Shown here piece by piece: positions 61,037 to 64,000 of a stretch of 64,000 nt of DNA (positions are counted from its first letter, which is position 1; the number at the start of each line of letters is the position of its first letter). The translations under genes and the position numbers were made by a program. This DNA is from Guopingia tenuis. GTDB lineage: Bacteria > Bacillota > Clostridia > Christensenellales > Christensenellaceae. The stretch lies in contig NZ_JACRSS010000001.1 of NCBI RefSeq assembly GCF_014384805.1, positions 817,037-881,036 of the forward strand, written 5' to 3'. The notes under the pieces were generated by a model. It saw nothing but the letters and a program-made list of their open reading frames with translations. It made no database searches and was not told where the DNA came from.

Positions 61037-61387
61037 ATGACAAGAGAAGAAATTGCCAATATTCTAAAAATTTCCCGTCTGCAAGCCGGTCTGACGCAAA
61101 AACAGGCAGCGGAAGCCGTGGGAAAAAAGCAGCAGACTCTGGCTTCCTGGGAGACTGCGCAATCACAGCCCGATGCCAATACACTTTTTTTGCTCTTTGA
61201 TGTCTATGGCCGTTCTTTAGACGAAGCCTTTGGTTATGCTAATACATCCCGCCATGGAAAAAATCCGCAAACCGCAAAATATTTGTATTTATTTGAACAG
61301 CTTTCCGCTTCTGACCGGGAAACAGTTTTGAAATTTATTGAGTTTCTGCTGCATAATAAATCCGTGGCAAACACATCGCATCCGTGA
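61037..61387 (+). CDS. XRE-family HTH transcriptional regulator, 116 aa
   Basis: RBS AAAGGAGAG. HTH_3 motif LTQKQAAEAVGKKQQTLASWE. Confidence 0.7.
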   Translation: MTREEIANILKISRLQAGLTQKQAAEAVGKKQQTLASWETAQSQPDANTLFLLFDVYGRSLDEAFGYANTSRHGKNPQTAKYLYLFEQLSASDRETVLKFIEFLLHNKSVANTSHP

Positions 61388-61571
61388 ATCCTGCAAGAGA
61401 TCTCATCCCCTTATTTCTTCATGATATCACTCTCCGTTTAGTTTTCCAGAGATATTTGCTTTATACCCATTCGACATTTACTTACCATATTCCTCCTGTT
61501 ACACCAAAAAATTCTGTATTTAAATTTATATTATTTCCATTTATATAATTTTGCGCAAATACGTTATATAT

Positions 61572-61586
61572 TTGACAATGTCAAAT
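61572..61586. promoter_or_regulatory. Palindrome TTTGACAATGTCAAA, possibly part of a promoter
   Basis: Perfect inverted repeat TTGACA-AT-TGTCAA in the ORF-free region. Promoter-like on both strands. Confidence 0.3.
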
Positions 61587-62288
61587 CCATTTTAGATTTT
61601 TCTTTTCTCATTTCCTGTATTATTTTATCACATTTTGTGTTTCTATGGAGAAAAATATATCTTTTTTCTCTTGCCCATCCGTTGCTGCCGTCAATATGCC
61701 GCATTAAAAGCCCGGTTTCCCCGTATTCCTTTTTAAGTAAGCGTATCTCATATATTTCCTCTTATCCCACCTTACGCCTCGCGGTATTTCGTATTTCACT
61801 GCCCTGCCAGCAGCATCACAAGATCTTCAGGGCTTTTTCGTATCTTTCCAACGACTGCCCAAATAGCCCACCCATCCTGCCGGCCTCCTTATTGGGGCCA
61901 TACAGTGCGGATTCATCCGTGCACAGCTGCCGGATCCTTTATTCCCTTTCCGGTGTCTCCTACCCAATGACCTGTCTGCCCCCAAGCTCTCAGTGAGTTA
62001 CGAAAAAAGACAGGGAGATTATGTACCGATCTGTCCGAAATGCTTTTTAGTAAAAATTGTTAGGTAGGATATAGTCTTGTGACGTTCACTCCCTTTTTTG
62101 CGGCACACCTATGCCCCCAGCATTTCAAAAGCCCGGATGGATTTAAAGACGGCCTAAAACGGTTGGGTCCCAGCACCATAGCCATGACCATGGGTATATA
62201 CCCACATCACAACCGACAGCAAAATACTGGCCTCCCGGCTCGATCATGCTTTTCAAAATCAGTCAAAATTGATTTTTCGGGCAAACAT

Positions 62289-62332
62289 AAAAAAGAACTG
62301 CTTGACAAATTCCTTTGTCAAGCAGTTCTTTT
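62289..62332 (-). terminator. Terminator of the tRNA operon
   Basis: 15-bp stem AGAACTGCTTGACAA / TTGTCAAGCAGTTCT with a flanking A-run and T-run. Confidence 0.6.
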
Positions 62333-62407
62333 GGTGCGCCTCCAGGGACTCGAACCCTGGACACCCTGATTAAGAGTCAGGTGCTCTACCAGCTGAGCTA
62401 GAGGCGC
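62332..62407 (-). tRNA. tRNA-Lys (anticodon CTT), CCA encoded
   Basis: GCGCCTCTAGCTCAGCTGGTAGAGCACCTGACTCTTAATCAGGGTGTCCAGGGTTCGAGTCCCTGGAGGCGCACCA. Cloverleaf folds by eye. Confidence 0.9.
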
Positions 62408-62426
62408 ATTCTTCATTTGTAAAAGC

Positions 62427-62500
62427 TGGAGCGGGTGATGGGAATCGAACCCACATAGCCAGCTTGGAAGGCTGGAGCTCTACCACTGAGCTACACCCGC
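62427..62500 (-). tRNA. tRNA-Gly (anticodon TCC), CCA encoded
   Basis: GCGGGTGTAGCTCAGTGGTAGAGCTCCAGCCTTCCAAGCTGGCTATGTGGGTTCGATTCCCATCACCCGCTCCA. Confidence 0.9.
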
Positions 62501-62532
62501 ATCTTGTGCGGCCAGCCGCACCAAGAAAAAAT

Positions 62533-62607
62533 TGGAGCGGAAGACGAGATTCGAACTCGCGACATTCGCCTTGGCAAGGCGACGCTCTACCACTGAGCCA
62601 CTCCCGC
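62533..62607 (-). tRNA. tRNA-Gly (anticodon GCC), CCA encoded
   Basis: GCGGGAGTGGCTCAGTGGTAGAGCGTCGCCTTGCCAAGGCGAATGTCGCGAGTTCGAATCTCGTCTTCCGCTCCA. Confidence 0.9.
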
Positions 62608-62623
62608 ATGCGTATATTATAAT

Positions 62624-62711
<88 letters not shown>

Positions 62712-62754
62712 TTTCGCCCAAGCTGCCCCGAAGAGCAAGCGGCCAAGCAACGCT

Positions 62755-62786
62755 ATTATATTATATTAGAACAGGACGTTTGTCAA
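62755..62786 (-). promoter_or_regulatory. Near-consensus promoter of the tRNA operon
   Basis: Minus strand reads TTGACA-aacgtcctgttctaa-TATAATATAAT upstream of tRNA-Leu. Confidence 0.45.
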
Positions 62787-62827
62787 GTGGTTTTTAAAAA
62801 AATTTCCCCTCTTCCCCCCCTGCGTGC

Positions 62828-62853
62828 AAAAAAAGAGGCGGGAAACCCGCCTC
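62828..62853 (-). terminator. Terminator downstream of htrA
   Basis: GAGGCGGG-aaa-CCCGCCTC with a T-run on the minus strand. Confidence 0.45.
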
Positions 62854-62980
62854 CCGCCTGGCAAGGGGATGAGCCAGGCGTTTTGCCGGCTTGGTTCTGG
62901 CGCCGGCATGCCAGCATGGTATAAGTAGAGGACTTTTTCGTTCTCTCGAACGCAGTGTTATTTGGGCAGTTTCTGCCCGG

Positions 62981-64000
62981 TTATTCACCCTGATATTCCA
63001 CAAGAGTCAGCGTGCCTTGATAGCTCTGTCCGGTTGTCTTGCGGTAATACTCGATTTCTACGGTCTCTCCCGGCTTTTTACTGTTGAGGATACTCCTTAC
63101 AATGCTGTCGGAAGTAATCTCCGTCCCATCAATCGCTGTAATCATGTCGCCGGACTGCAGGCCGCCCGCATTTTCATTGTTTACTTCATCCACATACATG
63201 CCGCCCGGCATGCCGTAATATTGCGCCTGTATTTCATCCACATATAGGCTGGTAATCCCCAGCATCGCCCGGCTCTTCACATATCCGTATTCGATCAGAT
63301 CATTCAAAATGGGGGTTGCATCATTGGAAGTGATCGCAAATCCCATTCCCTCATAGCCGCTCACGGCATACTTCGCTGAATTGATCCCCACGACCTGCCC
63401 TTTCATGTTCACCAGTGGGCCGCCGGAATTTCCCGGGTTGATAGCTGCGTCCGTCTGAATGGACTGCATGGTATATCCCTCCGTCAGCGTAATGGGCCGG
63501 TTGTTGGCGGATACAATTCCCAAAGTGGCCGAGCTTTTAAACTGCGAACCTCCCGGATTGCCGATAGCCATCACATACTGCCCAACTGCCATTGTATCCG
63601 AATCCGTAAATTCCGCCGGTGTCAGGCCGGTCTTTTCAATTTTGATGACAGCCAAGTCCGTCGCTTCGTCGCTCCCAATCACTTTGGCATCCAGCGTCTC
63701 GTCGTTAGAGAGAATCACCTTCAAATATTTTGCCCCTTCGATAACGTGGGCATTGGTGGCAATATAGCCGTCTTCCGAAATGATAATGCCTGAGCCCTCC
63801 GCTGAAAGCTGGGCGTTCTCTCCCAGGTTCTGAATGCAGACCACCGACGGGATTACCTTTTCCGCCACCTGTTCGGGCGTCAGGTTATCTCCCGAGGAAT
63901 CCGCCAGCTGTAAAATCGAACCGTTCTGAATCTCCGTGTCCGATGCCGTCTGCGCCGGCTCTTCCCCCGCGGCCTGCTGGTCAGCTGCCGGCTGCGCCGT
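62981..64000 (-). CDS. htrA: HtrA/DegP-family serine protease (trypsin-like domain plus PDZ domain); the N-terminal part lies beyond the window end
   Basis: GNSGGPLVN catalytic Ser motif, histidine motif TNAHVIEGA, and a C-terminal PDZ domain. The reading frame continues open to position 64000. Confidence 0.85.
   Translation of the reverse strand, partial: TAQPAADQQAAGEEPAQTASDTEIQNGSILQLADSSGDNLTPEQVAEKVIPSVVCIQNLGENAQLSAEGSGIIISEDGYIATNAHVIEGAKYLKVILSNDETLDAKVIGSDEATDLAVIKIEKTGLTPAEFTDSDTMAVGQYVMAIGNPGGSQFKSSATLGIVSANNRPITLTEGYTMQSIQTDAAINPGNSGGPLVNMKGQVVGINSAKYAVSGYEGMGFAITSNDATPILNDLIEYGYVKSRAMLGITSLYVDEIQAQYYGMPGGMYVDEVNNENAGGLQSGDMITAIDGTEITSDSIVRSILNSKKPGETVEIEYYRKTTGQSYQGTLTLVEYQGE

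Noticed and set aside
61637-61996. 119-aa plus-strand ORF in the region next to the tRNAs
   Set aside because: Ser/Pro/Leu-rich low-complexity translation, no RBS, AT-rich non-coding context.
61440-62290. tmRNA, RNase P RNA or SRP RNA in the ORF-free region beside the tRNAs
   Set aside because: I looked for the tmRNA 3-prime end (CTCCACCA after a T-arm), the RNase P AGGAAAGTCCGGGC block and SRP helix-8 motifs on both strands and did not find them. Only a GCTGGCAGGGC string was found, which is probably coincidental.

Overview
This 64-kb window is a chromosomal segment of a high-GC (~58%) Firmicute. AGGAGG-type ribosome-binding sites, a CIRCE/HrcA operator at groESL and a dcw-cluster start (mraZ-rsmH) point to a Clostridia-type gut organism. 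Most of it is housekeeping or accessory metabolism: a fructokinase, a cell-wall hydrolase with a NlpC/P60 peptidase domain (a family of cysteine peptidases that cleave peptidoglycan cross-links) and peptidoglycan-binding repeats, groES-groEL, tandem HAD hydrolases, an operon of a peptidoglycan-binding protein, recX, birA and a patatin, cobO, deoC, an amino-acid permease, gdhA, nnr, a 2-keto-3-deoxy-sugar-acid catabolic operon controlled by a GntR regulator, an EF-G paralog, a PfkB-family kinase resembling FruK next to thrB, and mtnN. Three regions stand out. (1) 43.7-57.5 kb, all on the minus strand, is a compact phage-like gene cluster of about 13.8 kb. It encodes a candidate late activator, TerS, TerL, portal, scaffold, major capsid, a head-tail connector, only two tail-like proteins, and a PBSX-like tail-fibre/XkdX/endolysin/holin lysis cassette. 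It has no integrase, no replication module and no tail tube or tape-measure genes, so it may be a short-tailed defective prophage, a GTA-like particle or a satellite-type element. A cI-like regulator (XRE helix-turn-helix plus S24 peptidase domain) sits about 1.3 kb beyond its lysis end, and a cluster of four tRNA genes lies about 5 kb beyond its other end. (2) 29.5-32.7 kb carries three membrane-associated zinc-ribbon proteins: two paralogs with tentatively assigned Tim44-like domains, then an SPFH/band-7 protein with four C-terminal zinc ribbons. The arrangement resembles the B. subtilis pspA-ydjGHI membrane-stress module, but no pspA is present. (3) 57.5-62.3 kb is an AT-richer patch of small ORFs, a divergent XRE/XRE regulator pair with palindromic operators, TTTCCCGGGAAA repeats, and about 900 nt of ORF-free sequence beside the tRNAs. 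No CRISPR array, rRNA, transposase or integrase was seen. All calls rest on reading the sequence and ORF translations by eye; no similarity searches were run.
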